From Eledone cirrhosa (lineage: Eukaryota): a stretch of 64,000 nucleotides of DNA. Position numbers and translations under genes: made by a program. How positions within the stretch are numbered: the stretch's first letter is position 1; the number at the start of each line of letters is the position of its first letter. The notes beneath the pieces were generated by a model that was given only the letters and a program-made list of their open reading frames with translations, was not told the origin of the DNA and ran no database searches. The stretch spans positions 33,046,001 to 33,110,000 of the forward strand of contig OZ024756.1 of NCBI GenBank assembly GCA_964016885.1, in the 5' to 3' direction. Of this stretch, positions 42,116 to 54,920 are shown one piece after another.

Positions 42116-45100
42116 GTTAAGCCACGCAATGCTCACATTAAGGTACCACTCATGATAATAACAATTTAAAAAAAACAACAAAAAGAAAACCCCGTGACCA
42201 AGAAATACCGGGATGGCGGCCGGCGGGGAATAGCCATGTCTCTAGGGGAGAACGACCCCTCTAGTCTTGGTTGACACTCGTTCTAGAAGTGGTAACACGA
42301 AAAGATTACCCCTTGGCGGTTAAGGATAAAACGCGACAAAATAAGGTAGATGTCTAATGATGAAATCTCATACCGGATCGGCCGTCACCCGGGTAAAAAA
42401 GGGCCGCGTCCCTCAGAGAGGAACCAGACTGGGGTCGAAAAATCAGCTAATGGTTCAAACCTTCCCATCACTTCGGAGCTGGAGACCTCCCATAACCGGA
42501 ATACTCCTACTGTTGGCCCTCCATGCTCACCACCAAGAAATCCAAAGAAAAAGAGAGAAAAATGGTCAAGGGAAGATAATAAAGAAGTCCTTGAGGCTTT
42601 CTACACTGCCATGTACTACCCATCAAATACATCGAATACAGAGCAAACATATATCAACTGGAAAAAGAAACATCCCGAAAACAGAGGCTATATTGACAGT
42701 AACAAACTAGCCAATATACGAAGAAATATTGTAAGAAAAAAGTTACTAACTGATATAGAAATTGATCAGATCAAGCTAGTAGCACAAAGTCAGCGAAGGG
42801 AAAATGAAGCATGTGTCAGTGAAAACGAGGTAAACTGTAACACTTCGAATACCAGGGTTGGGGCGGAATCACTGGCAACAGAACAAATTAAAGAAAGGAG
42901 CGAAAAAGTGGAGGGAGTGCATGCTCAGGATGAAACTCCAAATGAAAATAATGAGATCGTAAATGATAAAGAAATGAATGAGAATGAACTTGCCAACTTG
43001 AAGGATGAAATTATGATCGAATGGATGAAAATGAAAGAATCTGACATGGGGGAACGAGACACCCTCCCTAAGATCCAGAACTCCAAACAGAACCAAAAGA
43101 TAATACACAAGACTAACATAATTCTCAAAAACATTATCATCACAAACAAAATAAACATTACTGACTTAAATCATCTCTATTATGCATCGGCTAAAGTCAC
43201 CACTCACTTATGTGGAGTGAAGATGAAAAAACAAAGGAATTCCCACAAGAAATCTACTTGGCAAGATAACATCAATCGCCAAATAAACCTTCTCCGATCT
43301 GACATAGAAATTTTAACAAACTATAAAGTAGGTGAACATGTTAAACAAACTAAACTTAGAAAATTAAAAAAAAAGTACAGTATAAGATCAACATGTGACA
43401 TAGACATGCTGATAGAAACAATCAAGCAAAAAGTGTCGGCCAAAGCTGCTCGTATAAGGCGCTTTGAAAAACGATCTAGATTCTATAAGGACAATAATAT
43501 GTTCAAAAACAACCAAAGAAACTTCTACAGAAAAATTGGTAAGTCAACAATAACTGCTAAATCAATACCACCCAAGGAGGAAGTGCAAGAATTCTGGGAA
43601 AAGATCTGGGCCGAAGAAAAAGTTCATAACATACATGCCCCATGGATAGACAGACAAATGAAAGAAACAGCTCACCTTGAAGAACAAACATGGGGAAATA
43701 TAACAGTTGAACAGCTGCGCTTGGCTCTAAGAAAAACCAGCAAATGGAAATCCCCAGGAAAAGACAAAATACAAAACTTTTGGATAAATGCCTTCACAGA
43801 GTCTCATGAGCTGTTAGCCCAACTTTACAATGAAATAGTTAAGGAGCCAGAAAAGATACCATCATGGCTAGTTAACGGCATTACATTCCTGCTACCGAAG
43901 AATGATGAGACAAACAATCCCAAAAATTACAGACCGATAACCTGCTTGACCACAATGTATAAAATTTTAACATCAGTCCTAACTGAATACACATATGACC
44001 ACCTGATAACAAATGACCTATTTCCCATTGAGCAGAAAGGGTGTAAACGAGGCTCATATGGCTGTAAGGATCAGCTTCTGGTTAACAAAATGATACTGGA
44101 AGATTGTCATAATAGACACAAAAATCTATCGATTGCTTGGATAGATTATAAAAAAGCATTTGATAGTTTGCCACACAGTTGGATTGAAAAATGTTTAGAG
44201 ATTTTCAAAATATCCCCCGTTGTCAGGAGGTTTTTGTCATTCAGTATGAGGACATGGAGAACGACACTCCTTTTGAATAGTGAAACAAAATCACTGGAAG
44301 CTGGAGAAGTTAACATTAATTGTGGAATTTTTCAGGGTGACTCTTTATCACCGCTTTTATTCTGCATCGCACTTATACCATTAAGTAAAATGCTCAATGA
44401 AACAAAACATGGATATAGAGTCTATGACAAAACCATTAATCACCTGTTCTACATGGATGACCTGAAACTATTTGCAAAAAATGATGAACAATTGCAAGGG
44501 CTATTATCCACTGTGAAGCAGTTCAGTGATGACATTAAAATGGAGTTTGGACTGGATAAATGCGCCAAAGCAACGTTCACCAGAGGAAAGCTGCTGAAGA
44601 GTTCAGACATTAATCTTGATCGGGGGAACGTGATAAGAGAGCTTGATCAAGAACAAACTTACAAATATCTAGGTGTTTGTGAAGGAGACGGAATCAAGCA
44701 CTCGACAATGAGGGAAAGGATAAGGAAGGAATGTTACCGCAGAGTCAGAGCAATCTTAAGAACGGAATTGAATGCAAGGAATAGGATCGATGCCATAAAC
44801 ACGCTTGCCATACCAGTAGTAACCTACAGTTACAATGTCATCAACTGGTCAAGCACAGAGATCCGTAGGCTCGATACAAAAATCCGAAAATTCTTAACCA
44901 TGCACAGAATGCATCACCCTAAGGCAGACATAGATAGAATATATCTCCCTAGGAAAGAAGGAGGACGTGGGTTAATCCAGTTAGACATTGCGTTGAAAAC
45001 TGCAACAATTGGATTATCCACATATCTAAGGGAATCACATGATTGGATGATCAAACTCGTTTTGAAACACGAAAGCACCAAAAGATCATATTCCATTACA

Positions 45101-46140
45101 AAAGATGCACAAAGATACAGTAATGGACTACAAATTTCAGAAGTCCCATTTACTGCTGAAATGGAAAACACAGAAAAAGCAAAGCAGGTAAAAGTAACTG
45201 CAAAGAAAGAACTGCTACAGAAACTGGCTAAGAAATGGCAAGAAAAGCCTCTGTATGGAAAATACCCAGAGCGAGCTAACAATCCTGATGTTGACAAAAC
45301 TTTAACCCATCAGTGGTTGGCATCCTCTGGACTGAAATCGGAGACTGAAGGACTGATTATATCCGCACAAGATCAGTGTCTGCCAACAAAAAATTACCAA
45401 GCCAACATAATAAAAAATGGGTGCAGCCCACTATGCCGTGTATGCAAAAAACAACCAGAGACCATTGACCATATAATTTCAATGTGCAGTCCTATAGCTC
45501 CAACCGAATACCTAAACAGGCATGACAGAGCTGCACAATACATACATTGGATAATGTGTAAGCATTTTGACCTGCCCCATCAAAAGAATTGGTGGGAGCA
45601 TCAACCACCTCCCATACTTGAAAAAGATCACATCTCAATCTTGTGGAACTTTAGCATCCAAACAGACCGAAAAATAGATGCAAATAGACCTGATATAATA
45701 TTGAAGGACTTTCAAAGGAGGGTATGCCTGCTAATTGATATGTCTGTTCCAATAGACAAGAATGTATCTATAAAAACATTTGAAAAATTGAGCAAGTATA
45801 AGGACCTGGAGATAGAAATTGGAAAAATGTGGAAATTGAGAACTAAAACAATACCAGTGGTTGTAGGCGCTCTGGGAATGATACCTAAGGGGTCTAACGA
45901 CTACTTATCGCAAATCCCAGGAAACCCGCGTATAGGAGAAATACAAAAGATAGTACTAATGGGAACTGCCCATATACTAAGGAAGATCCTGTCAATATAA
46001 GTACATCACAAGTCTAAACACTAAGGATGCATGTGTGAATATGTGTGTTCTTTCTTGAACATGGCGGACCTTGTTGTCTCTTGAGGTCACTGGTTGTGAC
46101 TTGGTGATAACTCGTATAAACATAAAGCAAGATAAATGCA
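42116..46140 (+). mobile_element. Apparently full-length R4/Dong-like retrotransposon inserted in a (TAA)n microsatellite
   Basis: ORF above plus ~230-nt 5' UTR and ~140-nt 3' UTR. (TAA)n directly abuts both ends (about 42054-42115 and 46141-46160). Dong elements are known to target TAA repeats. Confidence 0.9.
42350..46000 (+). CDS. Single ORF of an R4/Dong-clade non-LTR retrotransposon: reverse transcriptase, CCHC zinc knuckle and restriction-like endonuclease (RLE)
   Basis: Uninterrupted 1216-aa ORF. RT motifs: KSPGKD, YRPITCL, EQKGC, WIDYKKAFDSLPH, GIFQGDSLSPLLF, YMDDLK, YKYLG, LPRKEGGRGL. C-terminus: CRVC..ETIDHIISMC, RHD, RPDII, LIDMSVP, EKLSKY, PVVVGALG (PD..D/ExK-type RLE). N-terminal KWSREDN helix resembles the R4-type N-terminal domain. 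Confidence 0.96.
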   Translation: MSNDEISYRIGRHPGKKGPRPSERNQTGVEKSANGSNLPITSELETSHNRNTPTVGPPCSPPRNPKKKREKWSREDNKEVLEAFYTAMYYPSNTSNTEQTYINWKKKHPENRGYIDSNKLANIRRNIVRKKLLTDIEIDQIKLVAQSQRRENEACVSENEVNCNTSNTRVGAESLATEQIKERSEKVEGVHAQDETPNENNEIVNDKEMNENELANLKDEIMIEWMKMKESDMGERDTLPKIQNSKQNQKIIHKTNIILKNIIITNKINITDLNHLYYASAKVTTHLCGVKMKKQRNSHKKSTWQDNINRQINLLRSDIEILTNYKVGEHVKQTKLRKLKKKYSIRSTCDIDMLIETIKQKVSAKAARIRRFEKRSRFYKDNNMFKNNQRNFYRKIGKSTITAKSIPPKEEVQEFWEKIWAEEKVHNIHAPWIDRQMKETAHLEEQTWGNITVEQLRLALRKTSKWKSPGKDKIQNFWINAFTESHELLAQLYNEIVKEPEKIPSWLVNGITFLLPKNDETNNPKNYRPITCLTTMYKILTSVLTEYTYDHLITNDLFPIEQKGCKRGSYGCKDQLLVNKMILEDCHNRHKNLSIAWIDYKKAFDSLPHSWIEKCLEIFKISPVVRRFLSFSMRTWRTTLLLNSETKSLEAGEVNINCGIFQGDSLSPLLFCIALIPLSKMLNETKHGYRVYDKTINHLFYMDDLKLFAKNDEQLQGLLSTVKQFSDDIKMEFGLDKCAKATFTRGKLLKSSDINLDRGNVIRELDQEQTYKYLGVCEGDGIKHSTMRERIRKECYRRVRAILRTELNARNRIDAINTLAIPVVTYSYNVINWSSTEIRRLDTKIRKFLTMHRMHHPKADIDRIYLPRKEGGRGLIQLDIALKTATIGLSTYLRESHDWMIKLVLKHESTKRSYSITKDAQRYSNGLQISEVPFTAEMENTEKAKQVKVTAKKELLQKLAKKWQEKPLYGKYPERANNPDVDKTLTHQWLASSGLKSETEGLIISAQDQCLPTKNYQANIIKNGCSPLCRVCKKQPETIDHIISMCSPIAPTEYLNRHDRAAQYIHWIMCKHFDLPHQKNWWEHQPPPILEKDHISILWNFSIQTDRKIDANRPDIILKDFQRRVCLLIDMSVPIDKNVSIKTFEKLSKYKDLEIEIGKMWKLRTKTIPVVVGALGMIPKGSNDYLSQIPGNPRIGEIQKIVLMGTAHILRKILSI

Positions 46141-46160
46141 AATAATAATAATAATAATAA

Positions 46161-46480
46161 TGGTTTCTTTATTGGCCACAAGGGTTAACACGAAGAAAAT
46201 CATTAGAGGCGGCACAGAACAGTACAGGACGATACAAAGCGGGTTTTGGTCGTGATACATTTTATTATTGATTTTAATATGTTGTAAACAAAGTTGATGT
46301 GACTAACCAATGCATTGTGAACGAAACTGGTAGACAGCATATACGGGGAGACGAACAATTTGTGCGTCTCCAGGATTTCAAACTGCCATCGTTTGGGCAA
46401 TCGACGACATTTGTTTAAGTCTTGCATGAAGATTATTTCAGAGCTCAACAGTTTAATGTAGCATGTTCGATATGACACAA
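46161..46480 (-). mobile_element. Degenerate 3' end of a retroposon (probably a LINE) with an (ATT)n tail
   Basis: Minus strand ends ...TTAACCCTTGTGGCCAATAAAGAAACC(ATT)n, i.e. a polyA signal plus tail. The upstream part is not SINE-like. Confidence 0.5.
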
Positions 46481-46650
46481 GTCAGTATATAATTACATCT
46501 AGATGTAAATAACCCGAGGCTCTAACAGTTATACCAATACTTCGCATTGAGTCGATATAATCGACAATATCTTTTTCAATAAATGTGTGACATTGTTTGT
46601 CTATGTTAGAAAGCAATATTAATGTATTTAAAACAAAAACGTTTAAAACA

Positions 46651-46688
46651 ATTCTAAATATATCTTTTTTTGTTATTTTCAGGTGAGT
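46651..46688 (+). other. Candidate recursive splice site (acceptor CAG abutting donor GTGAGT)
   Basis: TTCTAAA..TCTTTTTTTGTTATTTTCAG|GTGAGT, junction at 46682/46683. Confidence 0.55.
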
Positions 46689-47159
46689 ACACACGATGTT
46701 TGTTTCTTCTTAAAGTTAAATGGTGCAGCATGAATATAAGATTTGCCACTGCCAACAATGTAAGTAAAGATCAATAGGTTAACATCTTATCTCTCGCCAG
46801 TACTAGTCTAGAAATCAATACATATGTCCATCAGTGAGTGTCATATCAGATAGCCCCATTGTGTACGACCTGACAAATAAGGTGAACTCACACACATAAT
46901 TGTTCGATCGAAAGTAACGTTACAACGAATGTTATCAATGATATTGGTGCTAGTTATGAAGGTGATGGTAAAGATAATGATGGTGACATCGTTCCCGATA
47001 ATGCTAATAACATTGTTATTTTCAATAACAACAACAATAATCATAAACATTATAAGGATAAGGGTAAAAGGTTTGTCTTACGAAGCATTGTGGAAGTTGA
47101 AATTTGAAATTATAATCCCCACAATGGAAATAAAAGTAACGATATCTGATAAATAAATA

Positions 47160-47354
47160 TCGGTTTCTGATTTAGGCTCACGGCCAATAATTATGGGGTA
47201 GAGGAAAATTGACTAAATAGAACCCAGTGCACTACTGGTACCTTACTTTATCGACCCCGAAAAGATGAAACACAAAGCTAACCGCGGTAGGATTAGAACT
47301 CAGATAATAAAGCATGTTGTACAATGCTCCACTGATACTGCCAATCCACCGCCT
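47160..47354 (-). mobile_element. tRNA-derived SINE, long-spacer variant, diverged
   Basis: CCCAGTGCACTACTGGTAC..TATCGACCCCGAAAAGATGAAA..CTGCCAATCCACCGCC. Confidence 0.85.
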
Positions 47355-48271
47355 TAATATATGATAAATTTAATAATAGTTGAGTAAATCGAGTGCATTA
47401 CTTTTGAAAACAAGCGGAGCACAGATTGCTTCGGTGAATCGCACCATGTATATCTCGTATGCGGAGCGAGAGCGTGCTCCCGTTACGTCAAAGCGATCCC
47501 TGGCCCTTTCGTATTACCTTTTGTACGTACACACTAATTATTCTGCTGAACTCAGCACCATGAATGTAATTTTTGATACGCTTGCACTTGTAACTATATT
47601 TAATTATATTATATTATATATTATACACTACGCTCCTAAAATGATCGAACGTATGTATTCAATATATAACACGACATTGATACTTTAAAGTATTTGGAAA
47701 AACTATATATTAAAAAAAATATATATTTACATTTGACACGTTCTTTTGGGATTCGACCAAGTTTTTAGACTGTACATAAATATATATTATATATTGTAAC
47801 TTCTGACAACAAAATAATTAAGTTTTCCTTTCAGCCAATAGAAAATTAGTTTATCGATTCAAAAGTTTTCTATTTTTTCTTGAAATTCAGACTAGAATCG
47901 CTTTCTTTCTTTTTAATTTTCTTTCTTCCTTTACCTATCTTCCTTTCTTTAGTTTGTCTTTCTTTTGTTTCTCCTTCTTTCTTTATGTATTTATTTATAC
48001 ATCTATGTGTGCGCATGCCTTTTTATCAAATTTCATTGATTATCAAAAAATATAAAATTTCCTAAGAATTTTGATGACCAGGATTAAATAGTAAGAACAT
48101 GAACAAATAAATTATAATTAATAAATACACTTTTTATGTTGAAAAACAAAGATATTAACTATGTTAATGTGGGATTGCTACATGACAAATGATGTACTGA
48201 ATCATGGATATACATATAAAAGACAACCAATATGTGTCTGATTGAAATATATATATCTCTGTGTGTGTGTC

Positions 48272-48342
<71 letters not shown>

Positions 48343-48435
48343 ATACATATATATATATAGAGAGAGAGGGGGGTAGTACACTGGAAGGTAATATCCGTAG
48401 TGGTAGGGCACTCAGCCATGGGACGAGTTAGGTAG

Positions 48436-48707
<272 letters not shown>

Positions 48708-48848
48708 CATATATAGAAAATTCTTGATAATTCAACAAATATTTAAAGCTCAAATGTGGTTTATTCTATAGCCAAAGTAGCTCTTCATATTTCCCTTTCA
48801 CAGCTAATATTTTTTAAGCCTAGTTCACCCTTCAGCATCAATAAATAT

Positions 48849-49010
48849 AATTGTTTCTACTTTAGGCACAAGGCCAGCAAATACCCAGTGCATTACTGGT
48901 ACTTTATTTTATCGACCCCCTAAGGATGAAAGGCAAAGTCAACCTCGGCGGGATTTGAACTCACACCGTAAAGCGACGTAACTATGCTGGAAAGCATGAC
49001 GTCCGACCCT
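48849..49010 (-). mobile_element. tRNA-derived SINE, 5'-truncated
   Basis: Colinear with the family. AATAAATATA occurs on both flanks. Confidence 0.9.
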
Positions 49011-49559
49011 AAAATAAATATAAATATAATAAATATAATGTGACCTTATGTTTCATTTTATATTTAGTGTAGTTGTTACAATCTCGTCTTTTTTATATAT
49101 CTAATACTACATTATCAAATGTGATATTACTAATTTAATACAATGGCGTGTTATTCGGAGGAAGTTAGCTGTTGTTCGTAGAATGTGGAGCGAGCACGTG
49201 GACTTGTATTTATAATTGAGATATGTTTCAGTCTTAATCAATTTGTTTGCCTACATGCTACCTCCACAGGTGCAATTTGTTGTGTAAATTTTTATTTTGT
49301 CCTAACAAGCGACAGTTTATATTACATATGTTACACTCTTCTTAGAAATATGTGACATTCAGCTAAAGTTACACATCTAATACTTATGTATTATTCATGA
49401 ACAAGCACATTATATGCAGCGAATTTAATATACGTCAAATTATGCGATTTTACAACGTGTGTATATATAATTGGTGTTTGATTTCTCCCGTTACTAAAAT
49501 TATGAACATCTGCGTAAATATAGAAATACCAGATAAATAATTACTGGATGTGCATGACA

Positions 49560-49870
49560 CTTCTGAGTGATCCATCGTCGGTTAACATGAAGAACATTTA
49601 GATATTTCACACTTAGAGAGGCTTCTACGCATTGGGTGAAATCCAAGAGCCTTGGGATTCAGAAGAGAAATTCTGAAAGCACAATGATTATTCATGTGTT
49701 TGAGCAACTCTATGTCGTAGTGGATATATTGATATATAAGCTTGTGAATATTCGAGAGTCGTTTGAACATTTAAAGCGGCTTTCCAAATTGGGACACAAT
49801 ACATGAGGAGGCTGGCTCGTTGAATTAAAAAGGTAATCTGTCTAACGTGTTTATATGCAGTATCTGTCAA
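49560..49870 (-). pseudogene. Degenerate CR1/L2-like LINE fragment
   Basis: RASLLMYCVPIWK resembles the post-RT motif RPxLEYCxxxW of CR1/L2-group LINEs. Confidence 0.35.
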
Positions 49871-50276
49871 CTCAATTCAACTCACATTGTTTGAGTCAAC
49901 CTTTTGCTATATGGAAAACAGATATTTTCCCATGATACCATGAAGCATGATCGAATTAAGGACATCATAATTGAAAAGGGATTTGTACGGCAATCAATGC
50001 CTGTATTCCATGTTAAAATATAATTCATATAACATTATGTATAGATGTGTAATGTAGACAAGACATCACTTCTCCCCTAAAAACTGCCTCAGCTTGGCTA
50101 GACTTATGAACTATGGCCCATTAATTACCACTTACCTCAAATAATATCACACATCTATTATACCCGCTTCTACATATCACCTTTATTAAACTCGACTTAA
50201 ATGCAGTATTTACCGACTTTTCTACTATCTTGTCCCCTACATCGATGAACACATTTATCCGTCCCTTTACTTAAAT

Positions 50277-50467
50277 AATTGTTTCTACTTTTGGCACAAG
50301 GCCAGCAATTATCCAGTGTATTACTGGTACTTTATTCTATCGACAGAGTAAGGATGGAAGGCAAAGTTAACGACGGCGGGATTTTAACTCAGATCATAAA
50401 GAGCCTTGGCTCTTTGATGCAAAGCATGGCGTCCGACCCATCTAATGATACTGCCAATCCACCGCCC
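50277..50467 (-). mobile_element. tRNA-derived SINE, full length
   Basis: Colinear with the family. AAATAAT occurs on both flanks. Confidence 0.9.
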
Positions 50468-51319
50468 CAAATAATATGACTCATTTCCACCTATAATATT
50501 CACATGTATCGTTCAATATGTTCGGGTGCGCAGAGTTTCAGTGCAGAATCATACGCTTCACACTGGCCAGAGATTCCATTTGAACATTCTGTTGTATATT
50601 GTGATGATTAATGTAGTTTGCAGAAATAAATGATTAGAATAAACTCTTCAAATTCATGGCACAAACAACTCTGTTAGTTATACACTGAATATAGTGGTTT
50701 AACTCTATTCAATGAGTTTCCTAAATGATTAAAATGATGATCATCATCATCATCATAACCATTACTACCATCTTCGTCGTCATCACAATCATCATCAAAG
50801 ATGCGCACAAGCGTAGTCATTGAAATAATAATCTTCTTGCGTATGTATGTATATATACATACATACACACACGCACACACACACACACATACACACATAT
50901 ATATATATATAATACATATATATATATATATATATACACATGTATGTATTCTTTTCATTTACGTATGTGTATCGCCTGTCTTGTATATCGTATCTGTTAT
51001 TAACCTTTCGCATATATGTATATATTTTATTTTTTATATACATAAATACTTTCTATTCCCAATTCTTTTAAGTATTTTTCTTCATACCTATATTTCTTTT
51101 TCTATATGGAATTGTCAAGTCAATATAATTCCAGCCTTGCTTTAAAGTACGCTGGTTTCCTGTTACAGATGAAACTACTTCTCAATTTTATAACATACCT
51201 CCATTTTGATTTTTTCCCTTTGTAATTCATATAATTTTCGTCTATATCAAATGATGTAAAGAAAAAGAATATACATACATACATATATTCATATATGTAT
51301 ATATATATATACATATATA

Positions 51320-51435
<116 letters not shown>

Positions 51436-51600
51436 TGAATATACTATTTTCCTTTTAGGAACATTACTTTTTATGTCTTAGCATTTCTTACTTTATTGAT
51501 CTTATACGATATTGTCACCGTTCAATTTTATTTGCTTCTTGAATTTATAGCCTATGGTGTATATGTATATATGTATATATATATATATATATATGTATTT

Positions 51601-51660
<60 letters not shown>

Positions 51661-51926
51661 GCCTATGATTTAAATCAATGATGTCTGACATTATAAAGTG
51701 CTGTTACTTTATATTTAACCCACCAACTTTCAGCTAAAGAAATGCGAAATGCAATGTTCCTGAAGTGTATATATAAAAATATCGTATTTAAAATTGAGTG
51801 GCACTGCTTCTAGTTTTCAGCAATTTTTAGACAACTCAATCATAGAAACAATTGTTAGACTGTAAATAAATTCCCCTTTTTTTTACTCTTGATCATGTTA
51901 TTCTTCCCATTTTTTCAATTATATAT

Positions 51927-51991
<65 letters not shown>

Positions 51992-54029
51992 CATTCGTGA
52001 ATGCGTGTGCGTATTTGTGAGTTTATATACTAACATTTCTGATTCGATCCCTATGTTTTAACTTTCTGGTTATCGGTAAAATATACTGTCATGCTACAGT
52101 AGTGAATATATCTTAAGAACATACCATATGCTTTATCTATACCTAATTGTATTTGACTTATTTGTAATTAACTAACACATTGTCTATTCAGTTGTCTCTT
52201 CCTTTACTTTCTCACCTTCGAATGTTATGTCTTTTATGCTGCATGACATGTACAAGTCAAAATATTTCCGCCAAGCAATCTGTTATTTTGTATAGTCGAA
52301 CGTTTCCATTATAGCCGTTAACTATCTTATTTTCTGCTTATTTTCTTTTGTGTTCAATTCGTGCGCAGATGTTTCTTTAAGATGGTTATACCTACACTTA
52401 ATGTCACATTACAGAAAGCGTGCACTAAACTGGAGATATGCACAGACAAACTATATTCTAGTCAATTTAAGAAGTAAAATGAACCTCCCTCAGTTTCGAT
52501 AATTAGTGGTGGATTTGAGCGCCCACTGTTATATCTATCATTCTACTTAAATTAACGAGTAATTATATTGCTGAGTATTGGGAAGGTACGTGTGCCCCTA
52601 ATGTACTTCTTAGTGACATAGCTCGTGACAAAGATGGTCATTTTAATTATAATTCCTGCCTATCATTTTTGATAATATATGTGCCAGAATATTCCATAAA
52701 CATGTACAGTGTTGGCGAAATTATCAGTCAGGCACATGTGCCAATACTGACCCTTTCAATTACAGGCAAAATCCCTCCGACGGTTCTTCATATATTTGTC
52801 GTATTCCCAAGTTAACTTCAGGCTAGAAACGTGCGGTTGTCCGTTAAATTCACATAGAGATAATTTAGTTGCATTATGCTGTGTGACTGACAAAAAGGAA
52901 AGGTGGTTCTGACGGACGAACAAATATATATCCCTTCCCATATTTGACTCACAAGGATTTGGTTAAATCCTAACGGAGTATTAGTTGAGGATACATGTGC
53001 AAGTTATCGGGGATTTGGGATCAAAATCGAAACCACGAAATTGCCAAGCAATCATCTAAACCACAAATTTAACCGGCGTTCAGAATACTACGTATTTATG
53101 TCAAAATAACCCGTGAAAAACACAAGGAAGTGCAGAACTGTATGATAACTCGGCCCTTAATCGAAACCGGATAACAGCTCCAGGAGGCGTCGACTTCACT
53201 TTGATTGTCAAACAAACTACGAAGTAGATTTATCGAACCGACTTTCACTCCATATTGTATTGTTTAGATAGGTACCTTGGGCTATAATTAAGCAGCTTGT
53301 ATTATTGATTTTCTCTTGTTGAGTTTCTGTACTGTTCGAGGTATGTTAAATTGGATTGCAAGATACACAAGTAGAAATGTAAAGTATCTGTTGCTTCTCA
53401 CACACGTCCACCTTCCACATGATATAACGTGAGAAATGTTTCGCGTATTCTAACAATTAATATCACTATGAATTGTGCTCGTAAATTCAAGCAAGGATGT
53501 GCGGTCATGAAGTTCGCTTCAAAGTTATTCTTACATAGGTATATCACAACTTCAATGTATGACTTATTAATTTCGTAGGCAAGTATTGTGTGAAATCTTG
53601 GTTAAATATGTATTTAGTAAAAGCCAACGGTCGTCCATTTAAACAAATCTAACCTGTCGAAATTACATAGTGTAGTAGGTTACAACCACATGGTTGACTG
53701 TCATATACCAAATTCTTCCGAGAGTAAATTTCTGAGGGAAGCCCATTTATAATACTGTTTGATAGACATAGGTCTTGTTCAGTTCAACGTTGACATTTAT
53801 CCATTTGGTGGCATATTGTATTTTACTGTGGCGTAAGCATTCAGACAAGAAAATGAGCCTGCTTTTGTGGTTGATATCTTCCCGTTTGTCATAGAAAAGG
53901 CACATTGATGCGTCACTCCATCCTCAGACTTATTCGTTACTAATACATGTGGTACACTCAGACACATCCATATATATGTGTATATTATCTATCTCTCTCT
54001 CTCTCTCTCTCGTCTCTCTCTCTCTATAT

Positions 54030-54084
<55 letters not shown>

Positions 54085-54144
54085 GTGAGGTTTCTTTTTA
54101 CAAAATTAAAAATAACCGAGGCCAATATGTATATATATATATAT

Positions 54145-54272
54145 ATACATGGTGGCTGCCAACTCGTTTTCGAGTACGGCCACTACTTTATATCCATCCA
54201 TCCATCCATACATACATACATACATGGTGGCTGCCAACTCGTTTTCGAGTACGGCCACTACTTTATATCCAT
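54145..54272. repeat. Exact tandem duplication of a ~53-bp hairpin-forming unit separated by (ATCC)n(ATAC)n
   Basis: ATACATGGTGGCTGCCAACTCGTTTTCGAGTACGGCCACTACTTTATATCCAT occurs twice. Confidence 0.93.
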
Positions 54273-54585
54273 GTAGGAGAACCCCTACCGATGCGCTGAA
54301 CGAGTGTGACTTTTAGTCCAGCCAGCGACTTGAAAACTCTGGTACAAACACTACACTTGTGACAAATATTGACACATAGTGCTGGGCCCATGGTACCATG
54401 TGACGACAAGTGCAGAGAGATCTCCAGATATAAAGCAATGCCTGTGCCGTGAAGCTTTTATAGTGAGCAAAGGCACTGCACAAAGCCAGTCCCACTCTCT
54501 AAACCAAGATGATATTTACCATCCATCCATCCATACATACATACATACATACATACATACATACATACATAAAAACATGAACAGG

Positions 54586-54619
<34 letters not shown>

Positions 54620-54831
54620 GGGGGGGGGGGGCGTGTGTCACAAATACAAGGAAAATAATTAAATAATAATTCGAAATGGAGACAAGCTGGATTTGTTTTG
54701 TTTCTCATTAAACGGAATCTTGATTGTTGTAAAGTTTTAATTCGATTTCTACATAAATTACTAAAAACAGAGAAAAGAGAGAGCTTCCTGTATTAACATG
54801 CTACTAATATTATTCTTATTATTAATAACAC

Positions 54832-54899
<68 letters not shown>

Positions 54900-54920
54900 A
54901 TAATAATAATAATAATGATT
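54832..54920. repeat. Compound (TAG)n(TAA)n microsatellite
   Basis: Read directly from the sequence. Confidence 0.95.

Noticed and set aside
42357-45297. Alternative-frame and antisense ORFs at 42357-42710, 42869-43158 and 44914-45297
   Set aside because: Shadows of the retrotransposon ORF with no recognisable motifs.
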